This document shows, piece by piece, positions 31,871-44,895 of a stretch of DNA of 64,000 nucleotides (position 1 is its first letter; the number at the start of each line of letters is the position of its first letter). This DNA is from the human T2T-CHM13v2.0 reference genome, Homo sapiens. The position numbers were made by a program, and so were the translations under genes. The stretch is taken from the NCBI RefSeq assembly GCF_009914755.1, contig NC_060943.1; one strand, written 5' to 3'. Under the pieces are notes generated by a model, which was not told where the DNA came from, did no database searches, and saw only the letters and a program-made list of their open reading frames with translations.

Positions 31871-32569
31871 ACCAGCTAGGGGTCAGGTGGTTTTGCACCA
31901 GCTCCTTCTGCCCCTTCCCGCAATTTCTGTGGAACAAGGTAATGGTCTATTGGCTTTGCACAGCTAAGGCAGATTCTCAGGTTATTCAGATATATCCTCC
32001 AGAAGGAATGTAATTAGGGGACAGAAAGGCACTGGGTAACTTTAATCTTTCTAAAGAGCTGCCCGTCCCTCCCTGGAGCCAACAGCTCATTTTTATTCCT
32101 CAACTACTTGGCTCCCAGAACTGATTGCTGATTCCGGCTGTTTGGCAGAGGGCGATTGTGCATGTCCTGGGAGTGCTGGCCAGCTTCCATTTATTAATGG
32201 AGACTAAACTTACCCCTGTCTACCTCCTCTCCCACTTCACAGAGAAAAGTTTTCTCAGTCTCTGCCACACACGCCACTGCTTTCAGAGCCCAAGACAGGG
32301 CTGCACCTTAAGATGAATTGGATTCTCACTAAACCACCACACTCTGTGATCACCTGTGGAGATCTTTGTTGAGGAATCCTGGGTTCCTGCAGCAGCCAAA
32401 GAACCAGCACCGATACCTAAATGTGCATAGTCATTGACATGCTTCATTTTTTATCAAATGAGACTAGCGGGTCTCACACCTCTCCCACTTTCTCAGCAGC
32501 CTCTCCTCTTTCCTAATCCAGTGCCCTTCCACACTCTGCAGTGGCACCTACCCAGTTCCACTGATAGCC

Positions 32570-32720
32570 CCAGACGCAGCATACTTGAGAATAAAGAGCA
32601 GGCCTAAAAGAACTGCGATCTGGTCGCTGTTTCTTTCCTTGCTGTATGACCTTGGGTGGGGCAACTAACCTTTCCGAGCCTCCGTTAGTTCATCTGTAAA
32701 ATGTAAATAGAATGCAAAGT
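32570..32720 (+). mobile_element. MIR
   Basis: 'gctgtatgaccttggg...aacctttccgagcctcc...catctgtaaaatg'. Confidence 0.7.
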
Positions 32721-32744
32721 TATTATTTCATACCTCCCTTACAA

Positions 32745-32938
32745 GAAGCTTTTTCAACCGTGACACTTTCAGCATTTGGGGCCAGATAATTCTTCATCAT
32801 GCGTGGCTGTCCTGTGCATGGGCTATTTAGCAGCACTGCTGGCCAGCAGCACCCCCTGAATTGCAGCCATTAAAGATGTTCTCAGGCATTGCCAAATGTC
32901 CCCTAGGGGGTAAAGTCACCCCCAGTTGAGAACCACTG
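32745..32938 (-). mobile_element. MER20
   Basis: 'tggggccagataattctt', 'cattgccaaatgtccc', terminal 'gttgagaaccactg'. Confidence 0.85.
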
Positions 32939-33606
32939 TCTTACAACCACCTTGTGAGCCAGGTAGAATAAAGGGTAGAACATGTCCAGGTTTGGCAGGA
33001 CAGACATTTGGGAATCAAAGAGAATGCTCTGGCAGTGGTGACATCCTACCCCACATGGCCCAGGGAGGGGGGTTCTACTGATAAAAAGCAGATCCAGGAA
33101 AGAGATACATGTGAGAGATGACAAGGGTTTTGAAACCAGTTAAGATTTTCTTTAGCAGAAAAGACAAAGGTCTTTGTCTTTTCACCTAAGGGCAAACCCT
33201 CTTCATTACTGTGAATATTAACCTTCTTCCAAAGACTCTGTCAGTCGAGTCTCACCAGAGGAGTAGACATTTCTCTTATTAACAAGACCTTGGCCCTGTT
33301 TCCTGCAAAATAATAACTGTAGCACCATTTGCCTAAGGAAAGAAAAGATGGTCTTGCCTTGAAGGAGCTTCCCATAATAAACTATTGAAGCTAAAATTTC
33401 TACTAATACTATATTGTTGTGTTATAGTATAATTTCAAAAAGATAAAAATTTGACTTTTATGCAAATATATGATAAATATGTGTCAAAGATTTTACTTAA
33501 CTCATTAAGAGGCAACCAGCAAGACATCAAAACTCTATCAAATGAGAATCTGAGGAAGAGGGTATTTTAGGCAACTTAAAAGAACATTAGGATGAGTGCT
33601 ACATGA

Positions 33607-33957
<351 letters not shown>

Positions 33958-34356
33958 CAGGGTCATCCTTTCTACCATTTAGAAATTATTTGTATCTCAA
34001 CCAGACCAAAATCTATAGGTTCACTTCTGCCCTGTGGAACTGTAAAGTAGCCCTGTCAGTAGAAAATCAATGAGAGGTGTCAATCCAGCACCCCCCAGAA
34101 AGAACGCCCAGCAATCCCTTATTTCTAAGTTTGGGCTAATTCTTCTAATAGTTACATGAATATTGAATGCTGCCCTCCCAGGCCCTGGGCGAATCACCTC
34201 TGCCTCTGCCTTCAATAATTAAAGTCTAGGAGAGCAACAGACACACAAAAGTTAATCACAATTATGTTGCCAGATAAAAATATACATTATCCCATCTGGA
34301 ATTTTTACACATTCCTGGTGAAAATCTACGTTGGTACAACTCTTTAGCAGAACAAG

Positions 34357-34583
34357 ATATATATATATATATATATATGAATGACAGGGTCTTGCTCTGT
34401 TACCCAGGGTGGAGTGCAGTGGTGCAATCATAGCTCATTGCAGCCTCAAACTTAAATTTTTTCTGTAGAGATGGGGTCTTGCTATGTTGTGTAGGCTGGT
34501 TTTGAACTCCCGGGCTCAAGCAATCCTCCCACCTCAGTGTTCTAAACTGCTGGGATTACAGGCATGGGCCACCATGCTTGGCC
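34357..34583 (-). mobile_element. AluJ with internal deletion and (TA)n tail
   Basis: Reverse Alu missing most of the 5' part of the right arm. Confidence 0.85.
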
Positions 34584-34589
34584 ATACTT

Positions 34590-34910
34590 CTTTTTTTTTA
34601 ATAGTATTTTTTTGTAATGTTTAATTTTTGTGGCTACATAGTAGGTGTATATTTTTATGAGATACGTGAGATATTTTGATACAAGCATGCAGTGCATCAC
34701 AATCCCATCAGGGTAAATGGGGTATCCATCTCCTCAGCATTTATCATTGCTTTGTGTTATAAACATTCCAATTACACTCTTCTAGTTATGTTTAAATATA
34801 AAACAAATTATTTTTGATTATAGTCCCCCTGTTGTGCTGTCAAATACTAGCTGCTATTCATTTTATCTGACCATATTTCTGTACCTATTAACCATCCTCA
34901 CTTGCCCCGC
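34590..34910 (-). mobile_element. L1MA 3' end
   Basis: 'tacatagtaggtgtatat', 'cagggtaaatggggtatccatc'. Confidence 0.8.
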
Positions 34911-35349
34911 CAAGTAATAATTATTAATGGAGGGCAGGGCCCTGGCCCTCACCTCATGAGCTGTGAAAACAACATAAGTCACTGTCAGAGTTGATGCAAC
35001 AAGAAATGTAGAGGCTTAAATATATAAAAGTAGTCAAATATAAAAACTAAACATAATAATAGGAATAGCACACAGAAAGGAGGAGAGAGGTACTTAAAAT
35101 GCCATCTGTTGATACACTGGGGTACCAAGACATGTCTAAGAAAATTATATTTTATGTTGTATTTTGGAGGTAACCTCCAGCAATCAGAATAGAAATGGCT
35201 AGAAAGGCTGTCTGCAGGGTGGGCTTGTGAATAGCAAGGAGGGGATGCCCTGGCTATAGCAGGACACACAGGAAGCATGCTCATGTTTGGCTGCAGGAGT
35301 GTGGGAGGCTCCAGTGAGCAGCTGCATCTCAGGTAAGGCCCAGAGACTG

Positions 35350-36060
35350 ATGGGAGATTGCTAGTTTGTCAACTGGACAGTTGGAGGAAAAGCTTTCAAG
35401 GTAGAAGGAACAGAATGTGCAGCAGCCCAGAGCAAGAAAGAGTAAGATGTTCAAGGCTGGGAGATGGGGCCAGGCAGGTATGGGCTGGACCACAGAGGCC
35501 TTATGTGATGTACAACAAAGTGTACAAAGTGTAATTTTACCCTGTAGGCATGGGACACCAAACAAATGTAATTATTTTTGTTGTATATCTTATTTTGCAG
35601 GAATGGATATAACGTCAGGAAACTGAGACACAAGAATACCCAGTCTCATGGAGGAGACAGAGCAGAGATGTTTATATATCTTCTGTCCTCACTTGCCATT
35701 TCTCAGGACTTATCACCCTATATGCTAGATACTAGGACCACAATCTGAATAAAATACAGTCCTTGCTTCTCAGAGACTCACATTCTAGCAAAAAAATAAT
35801 TTTTAACAGGAGAGTTAATAGCAGTACCAGTGATTTAAAACAAACAAACAAATAAACAGACAAATAAAAACACCACCAGGCAGTTCACAATGAGAAGCAG
35901 AATGAAGCAGCAAGAGCCCAAGACACAAGACATGGGTGGGACTGACAGCAGGCCCCTAGATGCAGGGTGGGCTTCCTGGAAGAGGAAGGCCTTGCAAGAT
36001 AGTCAAATACAGTCTAGTGCAGACAGGACCAGGGCTTCCAAGCCAGAGGCATGGCATGGG
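35350..36060 (-). mobile_element. L2 fragments
   Basis: 'tgaataaaatacagtccttgcttctcagagactcacattctag', 'ggcttcctggaagagga'. Confidence 0.5.
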
Positions 36061-36569
36061 CAATGGCATTGGTCTATAGGACTCAACTTCCATCCCTCAT
36101 CCCCAATTTCTCCTTCCCGCTTTCCAGAGCTTCTATAACCAGGCTTGATGGGATGACATTGTAAGACTTAATGGAGGCTTCTTCCAGGCCTTCAACTTTC
36201 TTGAATTTTCTGTCTGGATCATGTCTACCCTGAGGGCAGTGCAAAGAGTCAGTTCCTGACCTCTGAGCTTCTAGAACACCTTTTTTGTTTCTAAAACAGA
36301 GATCTTTCAGAGAAACGGCTGCTTGAGAATCAAGAACTAAGGCAGCAGAACGAGCACAGGTCTGAGGAGCATATGCTTTCCAGATCCTCCTGCACAGAGA
36401 CAGGTGGTTCGAAAATAATAAAATGAAACGGAAATTAGAAAGAAACACCTCTTGAGTGGAAGAAGGGCAGATATTTTATCTAGAATTAAAATAGGTAAGC
36501 TTTAGGGTGAGTGTCTGAGGGTAAAAAGAGCCAGAACCCTTCTTATTCTGAGATCAAAACCCTGGGTGA

Positions 36570-36893
36570 AGCCGGGCACAGGGGCTCATGCCTGTCATCA
36601 CAGCCGATCTGGGAGGCTGAGGTGGGCAGATCACCTGAGGTGAAGAGTTCGAGACCAGTCTGGCCAACATGGTGAAACCTCATATCTACTAAAAAACAAA
36701 AATATTAGCTGGGTGTAGTGGTGGGTGCCTGTAATCCCAGCTACTTGGGAGGCTGAGGCAGGAGAATTGCTTGAATTACTCCCAGGAGGCAGAGGTTGCA
36801 GTGAGCTGAGATTGCGCCACTGCACTCCAGCCGGGGTGACAGAGTGAGACTCCGTCTCAAAACAAACAAATAAACAAACACCCTCCCCCCAAA
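36570..36893 (+). mobile_element. AluSx-like
   Basis: Full dimer. TSD aaaaccctgggtga. Confidence 0.95.
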
Positions 36894-37589
36894 AAAACCC
36901 TGGGTGATAAGGGAAGTCCATAGGACCCCCCAGAAGTTTAGGAAACCTGACAGCATAGGCGACCTGAGCTTCCACTTTTGGGGTTGCAGATGCCAGAGCC
37001 TGCAGGCCCCCCATAGAGGCTTCATGAAGCTGGCTGGGCAGAGGGGGCTGTCTAGGCAGGTACCCCTTGCTAAGGCCCCCTGGAGAAAGAGAGAGATGGG
37101 GAACAGGCCAGGGAAACTTGAGAAGTTCTGAAGTTATGGAGAGGACACAGAAGTTCTGTTGGGCGGACCCAACAGAAACCGAGGCCCATACAGGAGATGC
37201 CAGCCCAAGTGTCAGACCCACTCTCATCTCAGGTGACAGTGCCACTTGCTCGTTCCTGACCTCCCTCCCTTACTCCTGCCCCACCCTGCAGCCTGCACCA
37301 TCCACACCTGAGCTGCTCACAGTGATTCCCTGGGGGAGCCACAGAATTCTAAACAAGTTGAGGGATCAGAAGGAAGGAAGTTTAAGCTTCAAGATTCCCT
37401 GAGTCTACCTCACTGGGTACAATTAAATTTTAGGTAAAATGTGAGGATGGAAAACGAATTCTGGTTATAAAGAAAATTCCTTTTTTTTTTTTTGCATGCC
37501 CAACTTCCAGGCCCATGAAATCTTCACCTGTTAGGTACGAAGGTCTCTTAAATTGTGCTTTCACAATTCAGCCTCCAGCCCAGGGCCAA

Positions 37590-37762
37590 AATCAATTGCA
37601 CTTTGGAAACTCCTGGGGTGGCTTTTATAAGATAAACCAATGCCAGGACCCATTCCAGATCAATTAAGTCAAGATTTCTGGGAAAGGGGCTCAGGAAATG
37701 TGTACTTTTTAATTAAAAACTCCCCAGTTTATTATAATGAACTATCAAAATTGATAACCAGT
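37590..37762. mobile_element. MER5-like hAT-Charlie element
   Basis: 'atgccaggacccattccagatcaattaagtcaagatttctggg...ggggctcagga...aactcccca'. Confidence 0.6.
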
Positions 37763-38649
37763 CTCCAACCCCAAATCCAAAACCAATGCTCCGCTGAAGT
37801 CCGTAAACTGGGCAGGCTGCCCTGGAGGCCCACTGCCCAGTGCTGCTGTTTGCAGGATTTACGGCTCCATCCTCCAGGAGTCTCTGGAGCACAGGGTAGC
37901 TCTGGTGTCACTGCTCTCCCATTTACAGCTGTCCGTCATTGCTTCTCCGCCTTCCCAGGTGCAGCCGTGATCACAGCAGGGCCCTCACAACCTGCCCCTT
38001 CCTCTATGCAATGTCTCTCATGGAAGCTTTCAAATTCTTGTAGCATTCTGACCCCTGAATTTATTGTCTATTGATTGCATGGGATTCATTACTTTCTATT
38101 GACTGCTCATGCTGCTGGTATTGTGGATAAATGCTAATTCCTCAATAATTTATACCATATGTGGATCATCCAAGGCAAAAAACACTCTTTTTCTCCCTTT
38201 TATAGATTTTGTTCATTTCCTTCTGGGGAACATCATGATCCACATGAAATCCGGAAAATGAATATGTCAAATTATTTTGATTTGCAGCCAGGCTGACAAT
38301 GCAGCCTCGGCTTCCCATTGACACCATTATTGGATGGTAACTCAAGGAAAATTGGGGCCTTTAAGGAGATGAGCCAAGAAGTGGGGTGCTGTCCCCAAGA
38401 TAGGGGCATCAGGCAGGGTTGAGATAGCCTTGAGTCTCCCAGCAAGCCCCCAGCCCTCTAGGCAGTTTCTGTTCTCACCCCACAGGCCCAGCTTTCTCTG
38501 TGCTGGAAATTAGAAAGGCAGTGAACAGAAAAGTTTTCTTTGCCCTAATAATAAAGACCCCCCAAAACCTGTGTTCTCATGTCCAAAATCCTTTCCCACA
38601 AACCAAGCTTAAAGAATACCTTTTTTAAAAAAATGGTAATAAACAGAAA

Positions 38650-38780
38650 GTCACGGTTTAGAGTACAGGCTCCAAAAAAGTCTACCTGGGTCTAAATCCT
38701 GGCTTCTATGTGAGCTGGGACACATTACTTCACCTTTCCACCTTTATTTCCTCAACTTTAAGTCGAGGATGCTATGGAAA
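38650..38780 (+). mobile_element. MIR
   Basis: 'agagtacaggctcc...cctgggtctaaatcctggct'. Confidence 0.6.
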
Positions 38781-39367
38781 CGAGAAATGACCCACCTTAG
38801 CACAGCTTACCTAGGAGATAGTGAACCTGAATTCTATCCTCCCCAGCTTGAGCTGCGGAAGGGCCATGAACTCTGAGCATCCTGGAGTTCTAGACTCTGT
38901 ACTGCACTTGTCTACAGTTGCTCTCCTGGGCAATGCCCATGGATTTTGTTTAAACCAATGATGTTCAGACATATGGACTTATTCCATCTAATTCAGAGTG
39001 CTGGTTTCCAATCCCTAATCAACAGAACTGCCATGAACTATATGCCCTTCTCTCCCAGCATTTCAAAACCACAGCTTTTCCCTCTTAGCAAACTGCTTGG
39101 TAAATTTCTTCATTGGTTTGTATTTCCTTCCTAACTCCCAGAGTTCAGAAATCAAGCTGCTTTGTTTCTGGGTGGTCTTTGTTTTCATCATTGACAATAG
39201 CAGCAGTACTTCTGCAAAGGAGGTTGAAAGAATTAAATAATGCATACGAAATGCTTAGCACAGTACCTGAAATAAGGTAGGGCTCCTCTCAGTGTTACTC
39301 ATGAGCCTGGCATAAAGTAGTGTCTCATGTCTCAACAAATATTTATTGAATAAATAAAAATAGTCGT

Positions 39368-39384
39368 CTTTCTTTCTTTCTTTC

Positions 39385-39424
<40 letters not shown>

Positions 39425-39433
39425 TCCTTTCTT

Positions 39434-39464
<31 letters not shown>

Positions 39465-39520
39465 TTCTCTCTTTCTCTCTTTCTCTCTTTCTTTCTTTCT
39501 TTCTTTTCTCTTTCTTTTTT
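39368..39520. repeat. Compound (TTTC)n/(TC)n tract (expanded Alu tail)
   Basis: About 150-bp near-pure pyrimidine run abutting the Alu 3' end. Confidence 0.95.
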
Positions 39521-39803
39521 TGAGACAGAGTTTCGCTCTTGTCTCCCAGGCTGGAGTGCAACGGCATGATCTTGGCTCACTGAAACCTCTGCCTCCTGGG
39601 TTCAAGTGATTCTCCTGCCTCAGCCTAGGAGTAGCTAGTATTACCGGCGTGCATCACCATGCCTGGCTAATTTTTGTATTTCTAGTACAGACAGGGTTTC
39701 ATTATGTTGGCCAGGCTGGTCTGGCACTCCTGACCTCAGGTGATCCACCTGCTTCGGCCTCCCAAAGTGCTGGGATTACAGGCGTGAGCCACCGTGCCTG
39801 GCC
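39521..39803 (-). mobile_element. AluS (Sq/Sp-like)
   Basis: Reverse dimer. Confidence 0.95.
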
Positions 39804-39804
39804 T

Positions 39805-40113
39805 TTGTTTTTTTTCTTTTTTGAGACAGGGTCTTGCTCTGTGACCCAGACTAAAGTGCAGTGGTGCAACCATGGCTCACTGCAGTCTTGACCTCCCGTG
39901 CTTAAGCAATTCTCCCACCTCAGCTTCCTGAGCAGCTGGAACTACAGGCACACATCACCACACCTGGCTAAATTTTCAATTAATTAATTTAGTTTTCGTA
40001 GAGATTGGATCTCACAAGGTTGCTGAAGTTTATCTCAAATTCCTGAGCTCAAGCAATAGTCCAGCCTCAGCTTCCCAAAGTGCTGGGATTACAGGAGAGA
40101 GCCACTGTGCCTG
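39805..40113 (-). mobile_element. AluJ
   Basis: Diverged reverse dimer in tandem with the previous Alu. Confidence 0.9.
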
Positions 40114-40129
40114 GATAATGAAGGTAGTC

Positions 40130-40320
40130 TTTTATGCATTTCACATCCATTATCTCATTCGAATCTCCTCCAAAACTTAATGAAACAGGTTATATAGATA
40201 AGAAAAATGGAGGCTCAGAGGCCGAAGTGGCTTGCCCATAATTGCATATGTAACTGGGGTTGATTTAGAACTCAAGTGTGCACCCCAAGCTCCAGATGTA
40301 AGGTGCTCTCTCCTTCACAG
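40130..40320 (-). mobile_element. MIR
   Basis: 'agataagaaaaatggaggctcagaggccgaagtggcttgccca'. Confidence 0.7.
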
Positions 40321-40734
40321 AGCACTATGACTTCAGGTGGGGGCAAGTATGGGAGCAAGATCACGGTGCTCACATGGCACTTCCACACTCTGCTTTCCCT
40401 CCATCCCTTCCCTTCCTTTCCTTTTCCTCTCATCTGTCAAAATCTCCCTTATCTACCTTCCCCTCTCCCATTTTCCCTCTGATACCAGTTTCACCATGGG
40501 GAAAATGGGGGACTGGACAGATAATTTCCAAAGGGACCATCACCCTCTTTGACAGGACATAAGTTCTTGAGGTGTGGGTGGCTGATACCCAGGTGCCTTT
40601 CCTGGAAGCAGACAAAGTAGGTGACCTGGGAACACAAAAGACCCTGAATCCTCAAAGGTGATGCTAGAAGGTGCATTGGGCTGAGGAAAAAGAAAAGAGA
40701 GACTGAGGGCAAGAAAGAGGAAAGCTAAGCAGCA

Positions 40735-40985
40735 GGAGGTGCAGAGGTTAAGAGCAAGGGCTTTAGACCAGACAACACAGGTTCAAAACCCAGCCCTGCC
40801 ACTTATTTGCAGTGTGACCTTGAACAAGTCACTAAACCTCTCTGTGCCTTAAGGTTTTTATTGGTAAAATGGAAATGATGATGATAACAGTACCCAGCTC
40901 ATAAGGCTATCGTGGAGGTAAAAGGAGGTCATACAGGTAAAGGACAGAATAGTGTCTGGCACTCAACTGACGTCTATTTTTATTA
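40735..40985 (+). mobile_element. MIR (near full length)
   Basis: 'ggttaagagcaagggc', 'gtgtgaccttgaacaagtcactaaacctctctgtgcct', 'acagtacccagctcata'. Confidence 0.85.
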
Positions 40986-41609
40986 TTTCAAGTTTGCTCA
41001 TGGCAGTGCTTTCCTGTCAATGATGCAATTCACTGCTTTTATCTGCAAAAAGAAAAGACTGCCAGGCATGCCCACACATTCAAGCCCCCAAGAATCCAAC
41101 CCTTGACCATCTCTCCAGCTTCCATATCTTCACCTTATACAGCCCCCTCTCTGCTTCCTCGAGCCCTCAAACCTGGCTCTTGTTCTCTCTGGAGCTCAAG
41201 CCAGTTCCCCGATGTTAGTTCCTGTCTCCCTTCAGGTCTCAACTTCTCAGACAGGCTTTGCCTGACTCCCATAGCACCTTGACTCCCATGGCATCAGACT
41301 AAATGGCATCTTCCTGCATGAAAATGCAAACTCCAGAAGGACAGACAACCTGTGAGGCATGGTAACCTATGCAATAGTTTGGGGCTGAGTTGTTTTTGTA
41401 TGTTTCTTCTTAAGGAACACACATTGACATGCTTGCACACCCATAGGGCATGTCTGAAGGATGCACAAGGACCGGAAGCAGAAACTGCACTAGGAATCAC
41501 CTACTTTTCACCATAAGCCCTAGGTGCCATTTAAATTACATGTCATGGAGAATTAGTACTTAATCAAAGCAAATCCACAAATCCACATTAAAAAAAATTA
41601 AATTTGGAA

Positions 41610-41947
41610 GGCCAGGGTTGGTGGCTCATGCCTGTAATCCCAGCACTTTGGGAGGCCGAGGCGGGAGGATCACCTGAGGTCAGGAATTCAAGACCAGCCT
41701 GGCCAACATGGTGAAATCCCATCTCTACTAAACATACAAATATTAGTCGGGCGTGGTGGTGGGCACCTGTAATCCCAGCTACTGGGGAGGCTGAGGCAGG
41801 AGAATCACTTGAACCCAGGAGGGGGAGTTTGGAGTATGCCAATATTGCACCATTGCACTCCAGCCTGGGTGACAGAGCAAGACTCCATGTCGAAATAAAA
41901 TAAAATAAAATAAAATAAAATAAAATAAAATAAAACAAAACAAAGTA
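41610..41947 (+). mobile_element. AluSx-like with (AAAAT)n tail
   Basis: Full dimer. TSD aaatttggaa. Confidence 0.95.
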
Positions 41948-42259
41948 AAATTTGGAAACTATGATCCTTCAAACAGGATAACAGTGGCAAAGGAATTTTT
42001 ACACAATTGGTCAATAAAGAACAGAACAAAGAGACCAGAAAAAGACGTAGCAAGAGTTGCCTTGGTGTTCACACTGCAGCAGTCACCCAGATCCTTGCAA
42101 GCAGGCTGTTCCCAACTTCCTGACAACTAGCATTGCTCAGGCGATGCTTCTGTGCCTAACCTGCAGCAGCCACGGGACACACTAGTACACACTTGGCCAG
42201 GCACAAAATGGCCTCAAAGTCTCCAACCACAACACTAGAACCTTAAGACAAAGCAGTGT

Positions 42260-42661
42260 TGATACAGTTTCAGTCTGCATCCCCACTCAAACCTCATATT
42301 GAGTTGTAATCTCTAGTGTTGGAGGTGGAGGCTGGTGGGAGGTGATTGGATCTTGGGGGTGGTAGCTAGTGGTTTAGCACCATTCCCCTACTGCTGTCTC
42401 ATGATAGAGTTCTCATGAAATCTGGTTGTCCAAAGCATGTGGAACCTTCCCCTTCGCTCTCTCCCTTCCTCCTGCTCCTTCCATGTAAGACGGGCCGGCT
42501 TCCCCTTTGCCTTTCACCTTGACTGTAAGTCTCCTGAGGCCTCCTCAGCCATGCTTCCTATACAGCATGCATAACTATGAGCCAATTAAATACCTTTTTT
42601 TTTAAATAAATTACCCAGTCCCCGGTCGTTCTTTATGGCAGTGTGAGAATAAACTAATATA
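42260..42661 (+). mobile_element. MST (MSTA/B) MaLR LTR
   Basis: 'gggaggtgattggatc', 'ccatgtaagac', 'cctgaggcctcctcagccatgcttcct', 'aataaattacccagtc'. Confidence 0.9.
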
Positions 42662-43051
42662 TATCTTTAAAATTCCAAAAGACAATTCTAGAATTCTATA
42701 TACAACCAACCTATCAAACAAATATTAGGGTAGACTTAAGATTCTTTCAGAAATTAAATGCCTCCAAATATGCACAAATGAGACACGCCTCCTGAGCAAG
42801 CTAGCAGAGCTTGTGCTCCCCAGAATGAGGGGGTAATCTATGAAAAGGTAAGACATAAGGTTCAGGAAACATAGAATCTAGCAAAGGAGACAGGTGAAAG
42901 AAATTTTAGACGCCCGTCTTTTGTCTTAGCTTAGAGTCCCCCAAAGCAGACTCTGAGACAAGAACTCATGGGCAGGCAGTTAAATTTAGAGGCAATCCCA
43001 AGAATCTCAATGAAGGCATGCGGACGTAAGATGAGCAAGCAAGAACGGCCA

Positions 43052-43970
43052 GTGAGTGGCTGACAGTGCACAGGTTCCCACTGTGGGGAGTGAGTGGGTG
43101 ACAGTGAACAGGTTCCCACTGTGGTGAATGAGTGGGTGACAGTGAACAGGTTCCTACTGTGGGGAGTGAGTGGGTGACAGTGAACAGGTTCTCACTGTGG
43201 TGAGGGGGTGACAGTGAACAGGTTCCCACTGTGGGGAGTGAGCGGGTGACAGTGAACAGGTTCCCACTGTGGTGAATGAGTGGGTGACAGTGAACAGGTT
43301 CCCACTGTGGTGAATGAGTGGGTGACAGTGAACAGGTTCTCACTGTGGTGAGTGGGTGACAGTGAACAGGTTCCCACTGTGGGGAGTGAGTGGGTGACAG
43401 TGAACAGGTTCTCACTGTGGTGAATGAGTGGGTGACAGTGAACAGGTTCTCACTGTGGTGAGTGGGTGACAATGAACAGGTTCCCACTGTGGTGAGTGGG
43501 TGACAGTGAACAGGTTCCCACTGTGGGGAGTGAGTGGGTGACAGTGAACAGGTTCCCACTGTGGTGAGTGGGTGACAGTGAACAGGTTCCCACTGTGGGG
43601 AGTGAGTGGGTGACAGTGAACAGGTTCCCACTGTGGTGAATGAGTGGATGACAGTGAACAGGTTCCCACTGTGTTGAGTGGGTGACAGTGAACAGGTTCC
43701 CACTGTGATGAATGAGTGGGTGACAGTGAACAGGTTCTCACTGTGGTGAGGGGGTGACAGTGAACAGGTTTCCACTGTGGGGAGTGAGTGGGTGACAGTG
43801 AACAGGTTCCCACTGTGGTGAGTGGGTGACAGTGAACATGTTCCCACTGTGGTGAATGAGTGGGTGACAGTGAACAGGTTCTCACTCTGGTGAATGAATG
43901 GTTGACAGTGAACAGGTTATAACTGTGATGAATGAGTGGGTGACAGTGAACAGATTACCACTGTGGTGAC
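43052..43970. repeat. Minisatellite, ~25 units of 34/38 bp (tgagtgggtgacagtgaacaggttcccactgtgg, with or without ggag/tgaa)
   Basis: Direct count of the 'acagtgaacagg' cores. Confidence 0.95.
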
Positions 43971-43998
43971 TGGCTAAGTCCTGCTGGGAACCTGCTAT

Positions 43999-44404
43999 AT
44001 GAGGCCATTTCTGCATTGCTATAAAGCAATACCTGAAGCTGGGTCATTTATAAGGTGAGAGGTTTATTTGGCTCATGGTTCTGCAGTCTGTGCTGGAAAC
44101 ATGGTGCCAGGATTTGCTTCTGGTGAGGCCCCAGGAAGCTTCCACTCATGGTGGAAAGCAAAAGGGGAGCAGGTGTCCCACCTGGTGGGAGTGGAATCAT
44201 GAGGGTGGGGAGGTGTCACACACTTTTAAACAGCGAGATCTCATGAGCACTCACTCATTATTGCGAGGAGGGCACCAAGAGGATGGTGCTAAACCATTCA
44301 TGAGAAATCCATCCCCATGATCCAATCACCTCCCACCAGGCCTCACCTCCAATACTGGGGGTTACATTTCAACATGAGATCTGGGGGAACAAATACTCAA
44401 ACTA
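43999..44404 (-). mobile_element. MSTB-like MaLR LTR
   Basis: 'gcattgctataaag', 'ggctcatggttctgcag', 'ccaatcacctcccaccagg', 'catttcaacatgagat'. Confidence 0.9.
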
Positions 44405-44809
44405 CTGAACATTTAAGAACTCCGTAGAACACACTTCAGAATTATCCTGACAAGGTACCAAGGGCCAAGGAATCTGGATTCAAACCCTCACAATATGTCT
44501 GGGGGCTATCGCCACCCATTCCCATCCTTTATTGACTGAGGATTACTCTCTTAACCTCCCAGCCTTTTTGGGCTGAGCCCCATGGGCCACAGGCCATAAG
44601 CATTAATGGCAGAAAAAGTGCTCTGACAGACACAAGTGTTCAAGATAGGATGGCATCAGTAAGCATGGAAACTGCTGGTGGCCTCTGGTGTGTGCCAAGG
44701 GGATATGGGTGGTGCACTGGCAGCATCTGCTGCATCTGATAAAATGCAAGCTCCTGAGGATGGGCCTACACTACTCCAGCATCCAGCACAATGCAGTCAC
44801 TTAGTCCTG

Positions 44810-44858
44810 GGTGGATGCTTGGATGGATGGATGGATGGATGGATGGATGGACAGTTGG

Positions 44859-44894
<36 letters not shown>

Positions 44895-44895
44895 A
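44810..44895 (+). repeat. (TGGA)n microsatellite
   Basis: Direct inspection. Confidence 0.95.

Larger units (their letters stand above)
42922..44733. mobile_element. Old ERVL LTR (LTR33/LTR16-like) split by a minisatellite and an MST LTR
   Basis: 'tgtcttagcttagagtcccccaaagcagactctgagacaag'. Resumes at 'ccactgtggtgactggctaagtcctgctggg' and 'gtagaacacacttcagaattatc', and ends 'gcagcatctgctgca'. Confidence 0.55.

Noticed and set aside
39255-39605. K/E/R-rich ORFs
   Set aside because: They are translations of the (GAAA)n/(GA)n Alu tail.
42931-43885. 293-aa and 157-aa repetitive ORFs
   Set aside because: They are by-products of the stop-poor minus strand of the 34/38-bp minisatellite, with no splice or promoter support.
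43052-43970. CRISPR-like array (palindromic ~35-bp repeats)
   Set aside because: The units are head-to-tail with no unique spacers, there are no cas genes, and the context is primate.
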